This document shows positions 10,706 to 24,273 of a DNA stretch of 64,000 nucleotides, piece after piece; position 1 is the first letter of the stretch, and each line of letters begins with the position of its first letter. A program made the position numbers and the translations under genes. The stretch is from Nageia nagi (Eukaryota; Plantae; Pinophyta): positions 16,182,001 to 16,246,000 of the forward strand of contig JBITNC010000002.1 in the NCBI GenBank assembly GCA_050084985.1. Direction: 5' to 3'. The notes beneath the pieces were generated by a model that saw nothing but the letters and a program-made list of their open reading frames with translations, had not been told where the DNA came from and searched no databases.

Positions 10706-12889
10706 GTAATTATAGAAATTTCCTTGATTTTTTCTATAATATTGTTCATTTTCCTTACATCCTTTTTGGAAGCTGCCAAGTGTTTTTCTTAATTTTTTAA
10801 GTTACCCTAATTTTTTAGAGTTTCTCATTGGCCTCAAAGGTTGAAGGGACCTCTTGACTCTTTTTTGTCCACTTCTCACTCTTGCACATTGGAGCTACAC
10901 TAGATGCTTCCCTTTTCTTATATGTATTTTTCTATAATCTCATTAACCAATTTTTGTCACCCACAAACATTAATATCGAATTTTAAATTACTCAATTGTA
11001 TTACTTGTGCTGGTATCAGTTGTTATTGTGATACAACTATGACATTGTGTATGATTTTTTTATATTGTATTAGCTGAATAGTAATATAATATCTTAAGAA
11101 AAAACGTATCCATAAACAACCTTGATATATACATCAATCAAACTAACAGGGGTTCATTGATCACTAAGCCCAATCTGATCGATGTGAAAATTTAATTTCG
11201 AAATTTACGAACAATAGGAACATTATAATTGTTAACAAAACACTACAATAGTTTTCAAAACAATCAACCTATGGACCAAGGACAAACGTACAAATCCACT
11301 CTACTGACTCGAGCAATTTGGAATGAATGCAATCAATGTTTGAAAATTTCCAAATGAAGAACTATTCTACACTAACACGGAACGGTTTGCAAACAATAAA
11401 GCGAGTAGAAGAGTGAGGAACAGACAAAATAGCATTGATAGGAGTTTTTTTGTCCAAGGTAGATGCGAAAAGAGAACCAATTATGCCTGCAGCAGAAGTA
11501 CCAATAGACACAGTCTGTTCCTTAATGCTATTCACGAGTTTCTTTAGAGAACAGGATTACAGTTGGAGGGGGTTAGCTTTTGTTGTCTATGGGTGGAGAC
11601 TAGACGGTCCCTGCATCTCACTATAAAATAGGTGGCTCAGTATGGATAATGTTACCATAAACCTGTCATGTGAATCCTTGAACTCACTGGAGGTATGGAG
11701 CAGGTTCCATGCAAGAGATACCTCCAATCCTTGAACTTAGTGGAGTTTTTTATTATATTGAAGTTCTTTAGCCCAACCACTAGGATTGACTATAATTTGT
11801 GATCGAGCCACCCACCAATAGATACAATTACTTTCAATTTCTATGACCTCGATTCAACTTTTATTATAATTTTAGCATTTGGAATCACACCAGAAAGCAT
11901 TAATTCAAGTTCACCAATAGCTTTCTTATTACTTAATTATCCACTTTTAATTCTATATTTGGAATAGGATTATTGATACTACTAGCTTAGATATGTATTT
12001 AAAAAAAGCATCAATCTTAATTCTTGGTAATGTGATATCCAACACAGACATCTCAAGACTGATAGTTCTCGACATTTTTAAATTATATATTTTTAATATC
12101 TATTTTAATAATATTAATTCTTTTAAATCAGTTTTTTGACTGACTAAATTATTATTTTTTAAATGTTCACAACCGAAAACCAGAGTCCAGTGACTATATA
12201 ACACCTCTGGGCATAACTAAAGAGTCCTCAGATTCAATTTTGGAAATGCTAGAGAAATTAGGCACTAAATAATTTACTTCAGTTCTAACTAATTTCAGTA
12301 GTGCAATTTCACTTGTACAGAATATGACTAGTGAATGGTAGAGAGTTTTAAACTTCAAAACATCACATGACACTTTCCTAGCTAACACTTTCAATTGTAC
12401 GACGATAAAATGAACGAGATTGAATGTTCCTTTTCACAAAATTAACCCGTCTGGTAGGTGCTACTTGGCAATCATTACCTTGCAAAAGCTATTAGAAAAC
12501 CAATAAAGCATAAAACCCTCCATAAGCATATAAATTAATTCAACAGTTCAACAATATGAATGCTCATTATATTATAGAGAAAAAAACTAAGTAATTCATC
12601 TGCCTATACGAGGAGAGATTATAGGAATTTAAAAAAAAAGGACTTCAAATCAGATGCATTGCATTCTATTACTCAAGTTCTTTAACTAATTGTGATTCCC
12701 AAAAATATCCTGTGCACGAAAGAGGATTAATAACTGGACTTCGTAGTTCTTAGTAAAGTTAGTACTATCTTAAGATACACCAAAAACATTGAAAGAAGAA
12801 TATCTTTTACAGTCATGCAGAACTTAAATTAGGTCAAGATTTACATTATAACTGCTAAAATTCCTGTGAAATAGATAAGGAACACACAG

Positions 12890-12980
12890 AATATTCGATG
12901 CATAGTTGAATATTTCGGCTAAGCATGTAACATTCCCACCACGTACAATTATTCGATGCATAGTTGAATATTTCGGCTAA
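12890..12980. repeat. Short direct duplication (~31 bp TATTCGATGCATAGTTGAATATTTCGGCTAA x2) downstream of the STT3B stop
   Basis: Copies at ~12892 and ~12950. Confidence 0.8.
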
Positions 12981-13355
12981 AAGTGATATTCAGTATGAAA
13001 AACATTAATTCAGTAAAACAGACATGTATGCTAGACAGTAGGAAAACTCCGCTATTTCCAGGATCACTCCTTCAAAAAACTAAGCCTCAAAATCGAATAT
13101 AGAAAGCATCATCAATCTCAATATTGTTCCAAGTCTACTAAACCCAGCCGATAATATCTAGTGTTTAAATCTCAAATGTACCACACTGGTTTGCTTCAGA
13201 GTGTAGTTTTGCCAGTAAATCCCTTGTCTTAGAGAGACATCAATTGATACATAAGCTGCTCAGGCTTCAGTTGTAAATGTTGACATTTTTTCCTTGATCT
13301 GATCAAGTATTTTCCCACTTGCAATAGACCTGAAATCCAGAGGAAAACTTTTAAA

Positions 13356-13485
13356 TTACCGTCTATTGACTGGTGGCTTCACTTTGTAAATCCTCACTAT
13401 CCAATTTGAGGTTGTGAATGCCTCCTCCAAGAACTCAAGCTTCACATCCTTCTTTCCTATTTCAACACCTCTGGCTCGATCCCAC
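13356..13485 (-). CDS. STT3B: STT3B coding exon 6 (last; G|WDRARGVEIG...KPPVNRR*)
   Basis: AG acceptor at 13487-13486; phase consistent with exon 5; conserved STT3 C-terminus LEEAFTTSNWIVRIYKV. Confidence 0.93.
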
Positions 13486-14585
13486 CTACAATATGACAAA
13501 GTATATAACTCATCAACCTCTATATAAGAAAATTCAAGCACGTGGCATTGGCATGAACAATATTTCCTAAATTACACGTTGTCACATACAGACTTAAATA
13601 ATGAAATGCAGAAAATGATAGCAAATGAAAAACAAAACATATTAACCAACATATGGGTTATAATTTGATTGAGTGGTTCACAAATGCAACAAATACAAAT
13701 AAGAATAGGCCCAAAGATACGAGAGATCCATCAGATGGTCCTTCGTCTTCCAGTTACTGCCTAAACATCAGATTCTTCTACTTAAGCACAGCCATTTAAC
13801 TTTGAGACAGCAATGCCTTTTTATGGATGCCACATATTAACTGAAGAAGTGCAAAAATCAACATTTCCAGTCCCTTCACTTTTAGTAGTGGATATGACAC
13901 AAGTCATGTCGATGACATATGTCATGAGATCTACTTATCCTTCTTATGAAGACTTTGGACAATCTGTTCCATCTATCACTCTGTTTGACATGTCAGTATG
14001 GATAAGACAGATTTGCACATTAGATTAATCCCTTTTATTTCTATTCATATCATACTGGTTTGATGCTTTGAACTCTAATTTAACAACTTTACTCGTACTT
14101 ATTTGGTCCAGAAAGGCAGTAATGGAACTTTGAAACTCTGCAACATGTTACAAATGGTTAATAGGCAGAAGAACATGGAGAAAAAAATGCAGACAATTTT
14201 TTTTTTGTTATGGTGACAAGCAGAGGTAAGAGCAGAAGCACGAATATAGGCAATAGCAGCAAGGGTTCTAAAAACAAAGATCCAAACCCGAAAGTTGAAA
14301 TGGGGAAACGCAGGAGGAATGGCAGCAGTAGAGGAAAGAATGGGGTCGAACAGGCTGTGGAAGCCTTGGGTTCGGACAAAATGGAAGGTGGGTGGCAGAG
14401 GGTTTGTCAATTGTATGACTTTCTCCACGTGAATGACATTGGTTGAAACAAAAAAGGACAGCGAACTTGTACCTGGGACGGTCTCTTCCGTGAAGGCAGA
14501 TGGAGGGGTTTTTGCCAGACTCTAATGGCTGATGCAAATCTGGGTCTGGCTGATGCGCCTATGCCTCACCCAAAGGTACCATTTT

Positions 14586-14968
14586 CCTGTTATCAAGGCC
14601 TCTCTTGGGTGCAGATGATGAATGGAGCAGAGGAGAAAAAAACCTTGGCTACCAACTCGGTCCTAGTGGGGGGCTTGGATTCGTTTGAACACGTAAGTGC
14701 ATTAGAAGCCAGCCTGTTATCAAGGCCTCTCTTGGGTGCAGATGATGAATGGAGCAGAGGAGAAAAAAACCATGGATACCAACTCGGTCCTAGTGGGGAG
14801 ATTGGATTCGTTTGAACACTAAGTGCATTAGAAGCCAGCCTGTTATCAAGGCCTCTCTTGGGTGCAGATGATGAATGGAGCAGAGAAGAAAAAGACCCTG
14901 GATACCAACTCGGTCCTAGTGGGGGGCTTGGATTCCTTTGAACACGTATGTGCATTAGAAGCCAGCCT
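14586..14968. repeat. Tandem repeat, 3 x ~127 bp, in STT3B intron 5
   Basis: Unit CCTGTTATCAAGGCC...TAGAAGCCAG starts at 14586, 14713 and 14839. Confidence 0.92.
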
Positions 14969-15220
14969 CAAGAACCAAATTTTCGGAAAGAGGTCCTATG
15001 GGCTGTGAGAGATGGGGTTTTGGAAACCCTAGTAAGTTGTTCGGGCATCTTTTTCTGTCCACGATATAAAGGGGGAAAAGGAGAAATTCCCTTGCTTCAT
15101 TTGCAAAGGTGCGAACAGACAACCCTCCGCTCAGTTGGTAGCTAGATGCATGTGAGCAGCTTAGCCCTGTTGCGAAAGTTTGGCTGCTCCCTATAGAAAC
15201 GAAGGGTCCCATCTCCAGTA

Positions 15221-15301
15221 GGCGGATTTATCTCCGAAGATCTATAGCTCTAATTCTGAAGGACGGATTTATGTCTGAAGATCTATAGCTCTATCTCTAA
15301 A
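15221..15301. repeat. Tandem duplication, 2 x ~41 bp (CGGATTTAT..CGAAGATCTATAGCTCTA)
   Basis: Two adjacent near-identical copies. Confidence 0.75.
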
Positions 15302-15779
15302 GATAATATTTATTTTTCTAGAGCTGTTAAAAATACAAAAGGAAGGCCTACAGGTTGGGAAGCGATTTCCTGTGCCGAGGATCAGAAGATCTCCAACTGA
15401 AGAAAGGAGATCAGAGGCAGGGTTTAATTTTATGTCTTCAACAAGTCAACAAACGAAGGCAGGCGGTGGGGTTGACGGCCATGTTTGATTAAGGTTTTTG
15501 AAACCCTAAAAGGTCTGCTGATCATTTTCCTCTGCCCACAAGTCTGCCCAAGATCTGAAGGGGAAATACGAAAAATTACATCTCAAATGTCAGTGATGAC
15601 CAGACAGTCCTTCCAGTCAGGGGGGGCTTGTGGGTGGCTGTCCAAAGGCAGGAAAAGGGTTTCAAACCCTGTACATCTCCGGAAACCCATTTTCGGATAT
15701 CTCTTACCGGAGTTCTCCAAATAGCAGAGATCTCTTGAATCGATTCAGATCTCTGGAAACCCTTGTTCCAAGTACCTTT

Positions 15780-18087
15780 TATTGTGCCTTCACAATACGT
15801 CCCAAAATTGACAATTTTGAGGATCAAACTTTTTGCCAAGTCATGATCATCAACAAGCTAGAGTCTCACCTCATCTTATCATACTCATTCGAAACCCCAC
15901 TGAAAACCAAGTATTGTACATTCCTCCCAGTCACAGTGATGATGAACCCATTCTTGAAGATATCCAAAATTGACTAAATATGGAAGATAGGAGAGTCTGG
16001 GGAGCAGTGTTTAGATAGGAGACTAATTCCTAGAACCTGAAAATTTGACTAAGTGTCTCAAGAGGTGCTAGTGCGAAAGTTTAATCTTTTTCTCGGATAC
16101 ACTCAAGAGACAGGGCAAAAAGGAAGGTTGATGCAATTTTCAAAAAGATAAGATTATGACTTTTCAAAGCATGCACCTGGTTAGGAGTAGTCCCCGGATG
16201 GAACAAAGGTGTTCAAACTGCAAAATTTGTGACTTTTAAGAAGAATTTTCAAGCAAGAAAATGGCTAAGGTATGGAGCACATCGGGAAAAAAGACAAGAT
16301 TATGACCTTTTAAAATATGCACTCAGATGAAGAACACCCAGGGAGTGAGCAGTGAGCACATGTTTCAAAAAGACATAATTATGACTTTTTAAAACATGCG
16401 CCTGGCTTGAGGGACCTTCCAAGTGAGTCTGACATGAAAATTTGGCTAAGGCATGACTTCGAAACATCGAAAGTTGGCTCAAGTTTGCACAAGGAGGTTG
16501 GTGCAAGTTTGAAAAGACGAGTATGACTTTTCAAAACATGCGCCCAGCACAAAAGGCTCCCCAATTCAAGTGCATGATCAAAAAATACAAGATCGTGACT
16601 TTTCAATACATACGCCCCAAGTCAGGAGGACACCAAGATGGCATACGACTAAGGCACAACTTTAGGACTTCAAAACGACCTCAAAATTACTCCAAAAGAG
16701 AAGCGCATGTTTCAAAAAGACATAATTATGACTTTTTGAAACGTGTGCTTAAGGTGGAGATGCTCTTAGTCCAAGCACATGATCTCAAAAGACAAAATCA
16801 TGACTTTTTAAAACATGCACTCAAGGCAAGAGAGCTCCAAGACCAATTCAAGTGGCAAAATGACTAAGTATGAGCCTCCGAAGCACCCAAATTGACTCAA
16901 AATCACCCCATGAGATGAGTGCATGCTTCAAAAGGACAAAATTATGACTTTTCAAAACGTGCACCCAAGATGTGGTTATCTTCAGGTCAAGCGCATGTCT
17001 TCAAAAGACAAAAATGTGCCTTTTTTACGCTTGCGCCAAGCTCAAAAAGGTCTCCAAAGGATTCCAAGCTGCAAAATTGGCTAGGTGTTGTTCGAAAAGA
17101 GAGGAGAGCATGGTTCCAAAAGACAAAACTATGGCTTTCAAAAACATGCACTCAAGGTGAAGAAGGCTCCCTAGTCCAAGCGCATGAATAAAAAAGATAG
17201 AATCATGACTTTCTAGAGCGTGTGTCTAGCCAATGAAGTTGCCTAGAGGGGTTTAAAGTGAAAAATTGACTAAGTATAGGTCTCAGAAGTATCAAAACAA
17301 GCAAGAGCCACTTTGTGACTCTTGTAAGTGAATGTTGTGCATGACTTAATCAAATCAAGACTTGTTTCACTTAATGGGATTGTAGCCTTGAGTACTTAGT
17401 GCTTACTTATGGTTGTTATATGATTTGTGTGCATTTCTTGCAAGTGTATGCTTGTTAAAAAGTTGAATGAATATCTTATGAAGTTGTATGATTGCTATTT
17501 GACAAACATTGTCTATTGTTCCGCATATAAATGGATGTAAGCTAGTGAAATTCTTCCTATGTCATTTGGCTTGGAATGTTGCTCATGTTATTGTCATTAA
17601 CAAAACTGCTATAGGCTCCTTCTTACACGCAATTTGGACTTAGTCATTTGTGGTAGGATTGGATGAGTAGGTAAACATTTCATAATTAACCTAGGAAGAA
17701 AGTGATCTAGCCACTACACCATTAGTGAACTTGTCCTTGAATGCACTCCCATCGAGTGCCATCATCCCCAAGTTGCACTTTACTTTACCTTTTAGTTTGT
17801 TATTTTCTTTCTTTTTTAATTCTAAAAATTCTATCCTCTCAATTAGTGTGAAACAACCCCAAGTCCTACAGCAAACATGGTTAACAGTTGTTATCTTTAT
17901 CCTTCCACTGAGTATTCTAAGAATAACTACTATCACCATCACAAAAGACATCTTATGATACTAGAAACCTTGGCCTATCCAGTCCTTACAAGTGGAGGTT
18001 AGTAACGCAACCTCACTCACATGTTGGATGCCCATTCTCGTTATCACCTAGGTGGTCTTCATAAGTGGAAGGAAAAACATCCCACAA
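15780..18087 (+). mobile_element. Internally deleted solo LTR (same family as the 1-6029 element) in STT3B intron 5
   Basis: Same degenerate tandem motif as 1-760 at 16140-17230; 17311-18087 aligns with 5250-6029; flanked by candidate TSD CCTTT (15775-79 / 18088-92); starts TATTG (decayed TGTTG). Confidence 0.7.
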
Positions 18088-18477
18088 CCTTTCAATGCCT
18101 TAAAGACAAAACAAGGAAAAGAAAAGGACCCTACAAGCCCTGATGCTTGTTTGTTCTATTTTTTAGGAACTATTTTATGAACTTTCCTGAAGATCATTCT
18201 AAGTATAACTACTATCACCATCACAGAAGACATCTTATAATAATAGAAACCTTGGCGTACCCAGTCTTACAAGTGGAGGTTAGTAACGCGACCTCACTCA
18301 CATGTTGGATGCCCGTTCTCGTTATCACCTAGGTGGTCTTTGTAAGTGGAAGGAAAAACATCCCACAACCTTTCAATGCTTGGCAGACGAAACAAGGAAA
18401 AGAAAAAGACCCTACAAGCCCTGATGCTTGTTTGTTCTATTTTTTAGGAACTGTTTTATGAACTTTCCTGAAGATCA
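17914..18477. repeat. 282-bp tandem duplication spanning the LTR 3' end and its flank
   Basis: Copies start at 17914 and 18196 (ATTCTAAG...CCTGAAGATCA). Confidence 0.9.
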
Positions 18478-20098
18478 CTCTATGACATTGTAAATGTTTT
18501 TGGGGACACTTACAAAACCCACTCTTTGCACTTATCAAAAAATAAATGCAGTCAAGGAACTTTCACAGTAATCGACACTAGACACCAACATGATCACATT
18601 TGAAAATTGATTCTAAGAACTTGTTCTGCCATTTGAATAGGGTGAATCTTGTTAACAATTTTTCATATTCTTCACTCTATATATGCACATTTAGTGTGGA
18701 TTCCAGCATTCTTTCAACACATCATCAAATAAAACTAGATTCCCTATTTGAGGGTACATATTACCATTTGAAATGACTACTCACAAAACAAAAACAAGCA
18801 TTCCCTACCATACAAATAAATGGATATTTAAGGCTTTTGGCCTCTTCACATAATGTGCAATAATACAAAATAACTACCCAACAGCATGGCTCTTTCTTCC
18901 ATGTTTTGAACCATCAAATATTTCTGCTAAAATACTATTTTCATACAAATTCCAATCAAAATAGCATTGACTTGAGAAATCTAACTTGATAAGGAATTTC
19001 TTACATACCATTCATCCTTGCTTCATTTAAAGGTGAGCCTCTTGTGAATGCATAGTATTGTGCCATGTGTAGTGTTTTACCCTATGTGAACACATTATCA
19101 ACTATCCATGGATGAGATTAACATGGTTCTTCCCTAGAAAACCATGTAGGCAATATTGTTTTCTAAGATAAGAAACCACCATGTGTGCAAGCAAACTATT
19201 TGTATTGCTGTGTATGTGATGTGAATAGTCTGAATGCTGAAAGCTATATACCTATTTCATGAGCAACCAGTAAATTAAATGAAGAATGGATTTAACCTTC
19301 CCCCAAGATGAGACTATTTGTCATCACTGGCAACCAATAAATTGGCTATACCTCCAGATGCTTGTATATTTAATATTACATAAAAATCATCAAGATTGTA
19401 CGTTAACCGTATAATCTTAAAAGGCATAGTTTACAAAATGTTGATGGGAAAAATACCCCAATGGAAAATATGGAGATTCTTCATGAACGTTTGTATAGCA
19501 ACATAATCAGGTTACAAACTCTTTCTTTCAAATAATATGCCATTGTCAGGAATTTTCTCCATGAAGCCAAGAAAGTTAATCGAATACAACATGAACACTG
19601 GCTGAAACACATGATTAAATGCTAAAAATGAGTGACCAATATTTGAGTGTGGCCATGGAGTTTACACATTCACATCTTCAATCATAAAAAAGCGATATTT
19701 TTCCACTGGTGCATGTTCGATGCACTAGGATCCACCCACCCCTCTAACAGAAGAAGAGTTGGAAGTGATGTGAGCAATAAGATGCTATTTGGTTGGCATT
19801 TTGTTTCTCTCCACTAGTTGTCCTAATGGATGTCAAATTTGACAAGGATAGTCAGCATTAACTAGTTAAGTTGTTATTTATTGTTTACCATCCAGGCCAC
19901 TTTGATTAGGACAGTTAATGTGAGGTCTGGTTATCTCCTACTCTATTTAGCTGATACAACCAGAGGTACCTTAAAAGATTCATACTTTCAATCTTTTTAT
20001 TCACTCATATTTAATACAGGTTTATTAATGTATCTGGCATTTCTAGCTCAAGTAACACAATTATGCTCTGTTAATATTAATATGACCTATATTTTCAA

Positions 20099-21157
20099 TG
20101 GAAAATTACTAAAACAACCCTCACAAAATCAATTTTTACAAAAATGACCCTCTTAAATTGTATATTACAAAAGTAACCCTGTGGTCAACCTGCCAATATT
20201 TTTTTGGGTCTCACTCAGTATTATTCAGCGCAAGAGAACATATCTCATGAAGTTTTGATGATCACTTGATGTTCTTTGCAGAGCTGAGGCTGAACGACAT
20301 AGCCCCTGCAAAGTGCTCTTTTTCCACTGCCCTCCACAACTGACATTGCTTCGGAAGAGAAGCTCCTTTACATTAACAATAGATCTCTCCAAACCCACAA
20401 TCGTCTTGATACTTCGTAGGAATGGTATCACATGGTGTGGTATACGAACCATTCTCTTCCATACTAGAACAATCAAATAAATCATGTGTAAACGTTTATT
20501 GAAGCATCATGGAATTGCGAATGGGGTTTGTATTTAGGATGAACGCTTGTTTGAAGATGATTTCATTCAGCATGTTGCTTATCTCTACTGTAGGCTGATA
20601 AACATTTCTAAGCTCTGTCATGAACCTTCTAGCAATCAGCAGTTAGTGGGCAACATCAACAAGAGCGAGTCACTGATCTCTTTCTCCACCTTGATAATAT
20701 GACCTGCACTATAGTTAAGAAGCAAATTAAAGGTCCCAATATTATCACATTTCTTGATCAGTCTGCAGGTCTGATAAGCGTATTGTACAATTGATGAACA
20801 AGAGCAATTTCTGTATCTTTGGGCTATTGCAGATCCATTACGCAAATCTCACAAATAGTCGGGTTAGGGCAGTGAGCAGGGAATTGACTCTAGCAATTTG
20901 ATTTCAATATCTTTTATCTTCGCAGTAAAAGATATTGTTTCCTATCTCCATATAAAGGTTTTGCCAGATTTGGATGAAAGACTTGCTACCACACGTTTTG
21001 ATTACTTGAAGAGTATGAAAATCAAATTACATCGAGTTAGGTAAGGAGCTATGGCGTTCAGCCTCTGCTCTACTAAGAAGTCATTTTTGTAATTAACAAT
21101 TTAAGAGCGTTATTTTTGTAAATATTGATTTTGTGAGGGTCATTTTAGAATTTGCTC
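20099..21157. mobile_element. Mutator-like non-autonomous element (Pack-MULE) in STT3B intron 5
   Basis: ~80-bp imperfect TIRs (20099-20180 vs 21078-21157, sharing ACCCTCACAAAATCAAT...TTACAAAAAT...CTCTTAAATTG) and an exact 9-bp TSD TATTTTCAA (20090-98 / 21158-66). Confidence 0.88.
20300..20910 (-). pseudogene. Captured fragment of an RPW8-NBS-LRR (ADR1-like RNL) gene: RPW8 domain, linker and start of NB-ARC
   Basis: Minus-strand translation with frameshifts: PTICEI; LIKKCDNIGTFNLLLNY..HIIKVEKEISD (RPW8-like); MLNEIIFKQ..NSMMLQ*..DLFD (linker); IVGLERSIVNVKELLFRSNVS..EGSGK (pre-P-loop and broken P-loop). Confidence 0.72.
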
Positions 21158-21650
21158 TATTTTCAACCCGATTACCTGGTAAGGATTTTTAGCGATTCTT
21201 AGAAGTTATAACTATGTAGTGTGCATATCCAATGCATGAGAATCAAACAAATGCTAATGGAAAGTCAACTGTCTTGGAGATAAACAATTTAATTATCAAC
21301 TGACGGAATAAATGTTGATGGCAAGTAAATACATAGTAGAAGCTGGCCTAAGATATCAATAAGTTTTCAAAGAGGGCAATATGAATAGGTGTAAGTAAAT
21401 TACCTAAAATAATTCAATAATGGGGTTAAGTAAGTAAGTTAAAATTGTAATACCTCAAAACATTGGGGCAACAGATAATGAACTCAATACAAACCTACAA
21501 ATTAACTAATAATGCATGCAGAAGACAGACAAAAATAAAATATCTTTCTTGGCATGCATTGAACAACACTTTTTGCAATTCAATAAGAGTTATAAAATAT
21601 CTTTCCGTTTCCAAATTTACAATACATAAAAAATAAACGATAATGCTTAC

Positions 21651-21710
21651 CCAGGCGGCCTTCCATATTCTGTAGTAAGTTCCCCAAACCTATAGTAGCA
21701 TAATTTATAC
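21651..21710 (-). CDS. STT3B: STT3B coding exon 5 (YKLCYYRFGELTTEYGRPPG)
   Basis: CAG acceptor and GTAAG donor, phase consistent; missed by the ORF track. Confidence 0.92.
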
Positions 21711-21858
21711 CTGACAATAGAAACAACAAGAGTTAACAAGGATTTAAATTGTAAAAACCTAACCTGAAACTGAACAAGCACTGTAGACCCAATAATATGT
21801 GTGGTACTTTACTAGATAAAAACACATGCAAATTATTATTTGAAGCTAAATTACTTAC

Positions 21859-21981
21859 ATGAGACAGTCCAGCATTTTGGGAGCTGCCCCTTTGTCAACA
21901 CGATACTCTCCGTTAACAAGGTAATCAGATTCCTTGATAACAGGAAAGACTCCACCTCCAATACGAACCATCCACAAAAAT
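21859..21981 (-). CDS. STT3B: STT3B coding exon 4 ([41 protein letters not shown])
   Basis: CAG acceptor and GTAAGT donor; completes the DINKFLWMVRI motif. Confidence 0.93.
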
Positions 21982-22175
21982 CTGAAGATTAAATTGTCAG
22001 TTAGAACTAGCCAACATACTAACAGTGGACGTCATGTTCAATGACAGAAAAATGAAGACCCAGAATATCATATTGAAAATGTTATATTTAAGCAAAAATC
22101 CAAAAATAAAAAAGCAAGCACAGAAATGGCATTCACAACTCAAACAGGAAATATAGCAAGTGTTTATTAATATAC

Positions 22176-22630
22176 TTGTTGATGTCATCAGAAGAATAAC
22201 CAGTAACTCCTCCAAATACAACCAACACATAATCCACATCAAGTGATTGCATGATGTCATATGCTTCATGCTCATATGAAGACATAGCCCGCCCAACTGT
22301 GGCAATATGTGTGTTATTCCATGTGTTGTTGTCTACAATAACAGTTCTGTTTCCCATAGCTGTGATTTGATATCCATAATCCCACCATGACATCACTTTG
22401 GCATCAGGAGCAGTATTTTGCCGCAGCCAAAAGTATGCTTCACGATAATCATCAAAAATAACCCTGTCCCCATGTGCACCCCTAGCAGCCAGAACAATAG
22501 AAGGAGATGAATATGCCTCTGAAGTCACCCAGGTACAGTGGGTGACATAACTTGTAAGCAAGTAAAGCATTCCTAAGATCAAGATACCAGCACCATTTCT
22601 CTGGAAAGGTAAACTCTGATCTACCAAAAT
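22176..22630 (-). CDS. STT3B: STT3B coding exon 3 (contains WWDYG)
   Basis: [10 protein letters not shown] and DNNTWN motifs; CAG/GT boundaries. Confidence 0.96.
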
Positions 22631-22715
22631 CTGAAAATAAAATAGTCTTCCTCAATAACTATGCCACTTTCATAGTTAGTAGATGATACAAATAAGGTCT
22701 AATAAATTACCAAAT

Positions 22716-22871
22716 AAATACCAGATTATAAAGGGCATAGTAAACATGATATATTTCCATAAAAACTTCTAGATAGTACCAGTTCCAAATACCAAAAAAA
22801 TACCAGATTATAAAGGGCATCGTAAACATGATATATTTCCATAAAAACTTCTAGATAGTACCAGTTCCAAA
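22716..22871. repeat. Tandem duplication (period 82 bp) in STT3B intron 2
   Basis: AAATACCAGATTATAAAGGGCAT...CCAGTTCCAAA at 22716 and 22798. Confidence 0.88.
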
Positions 22872-24273
22872 ATTATTTGGAAACATTCAGCGAAACAGAT
22901 GCTGTGAATATTAAAAATTTTAAAAATATGATGAATTCAAGAAGTTCTAACTAACTTACTTTTACAGAGCTTTGGTCTAAATGAATAACTACATTAATAT
23001 GTCTAGCAATCATTTCATGAATATGTAGGTTTTATTAAATGTATGAACTTCTTGCAATTACACATCAATCAGAACTAGAAACATGAGAAAGACCAATTTC
23101 AAAACCAATCAACTAGTTATCATCCATCTAATTATAAATAGTTTTCATTGCAGGCCAAATGCAGAAAAAAACATCTCTCAAAATTTCGTGCTCAGGTCTC
23201 TCTGAATAAAATCCAAAAGTAAGGAAAGCAGGTCCTATTCATAAAGATGATTACCATGTAATTGCTAGAATAATAGACAATGAAAAAGAAAACACAGAAG
23301 AATAATAGTCTAGGCCTATATATACATAAAAATTAAAAACATAACTATTGTTATTTTACTAAGAATTTTATTTCATTGTTCAAACTTCATAACAACATGT
23401 AAACAGGAAAATTATATACAACATGTGAGAAACATCCTAGTGTGCACTGGATTTGTTCGCACTTGTCCTATTCTCTTTAACTGTGTAATTTGATGTAGCA
23501 AATATATTAATGATTTAATTATACTAGAAGTGACACTGCAGAATTCTGCAAGATGATCAATAACTAAAGAGAAAAATACTTGTCATGTGAAGTTATGTTT
23601 TGGGCAGTAATAAATTTTGATTGGGAAACAAATTCAAACTCATTATTCTTCAAATTACATTACTAGGAAAACCTCAACGGAAAATTTAAACATCTTACCA
23701 CTCCAATAGACAAATTAGATAGAGTTTGCTATATGCAATCACACAGGAATAATCTGCAACATTTCATTCAAAAACTTTTCTGAAAGTCAAGAGTTTACAA
23801 AGAGAAATATGAAACAGCAATATATCTAAATCTAGATGATATTAACTGAATAAAGGGAAGAGAAGTTTTGGATATCAAGGACCTAGACAAAGTACACAAA
23901 AGATTTCGATGAAAATTAAGCAAGTGTGTCAGTCAACACAAATAGACTGTATATGTGGGCAAGAACTGCTAAAAAAAACTTATGAGGCAAATGAGAACAT
24001 TAAGAAGGATGAAGTCTTAACATGAACATGCTACAACTTGTACTTTGTAAATACACAAGGTTACGAAAAAACCAAAAAAAACATTCTACGTGCTTGAAAC
24101 TTTGGAAAGACTACATTGCAGTAAAAAAGTTGTTTGAACAATGAAATGTCACTCCTATGGATGGGTTAATATTACGGTTATTAATCCTCCAAGCAACTTC
24201 AAATTAGTCAGCAATCACCAATGAAAACTCTATTTAATGTTTGACAATTAAATTTAAAATCATTTTTCATTAC

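Noticed and set aside
14525-14955. ORFs of 96 and 120 aa across the 127-bp array
   Set aside because: Unit length is not a constant multiple of three; ORFs are by-products of the repeat
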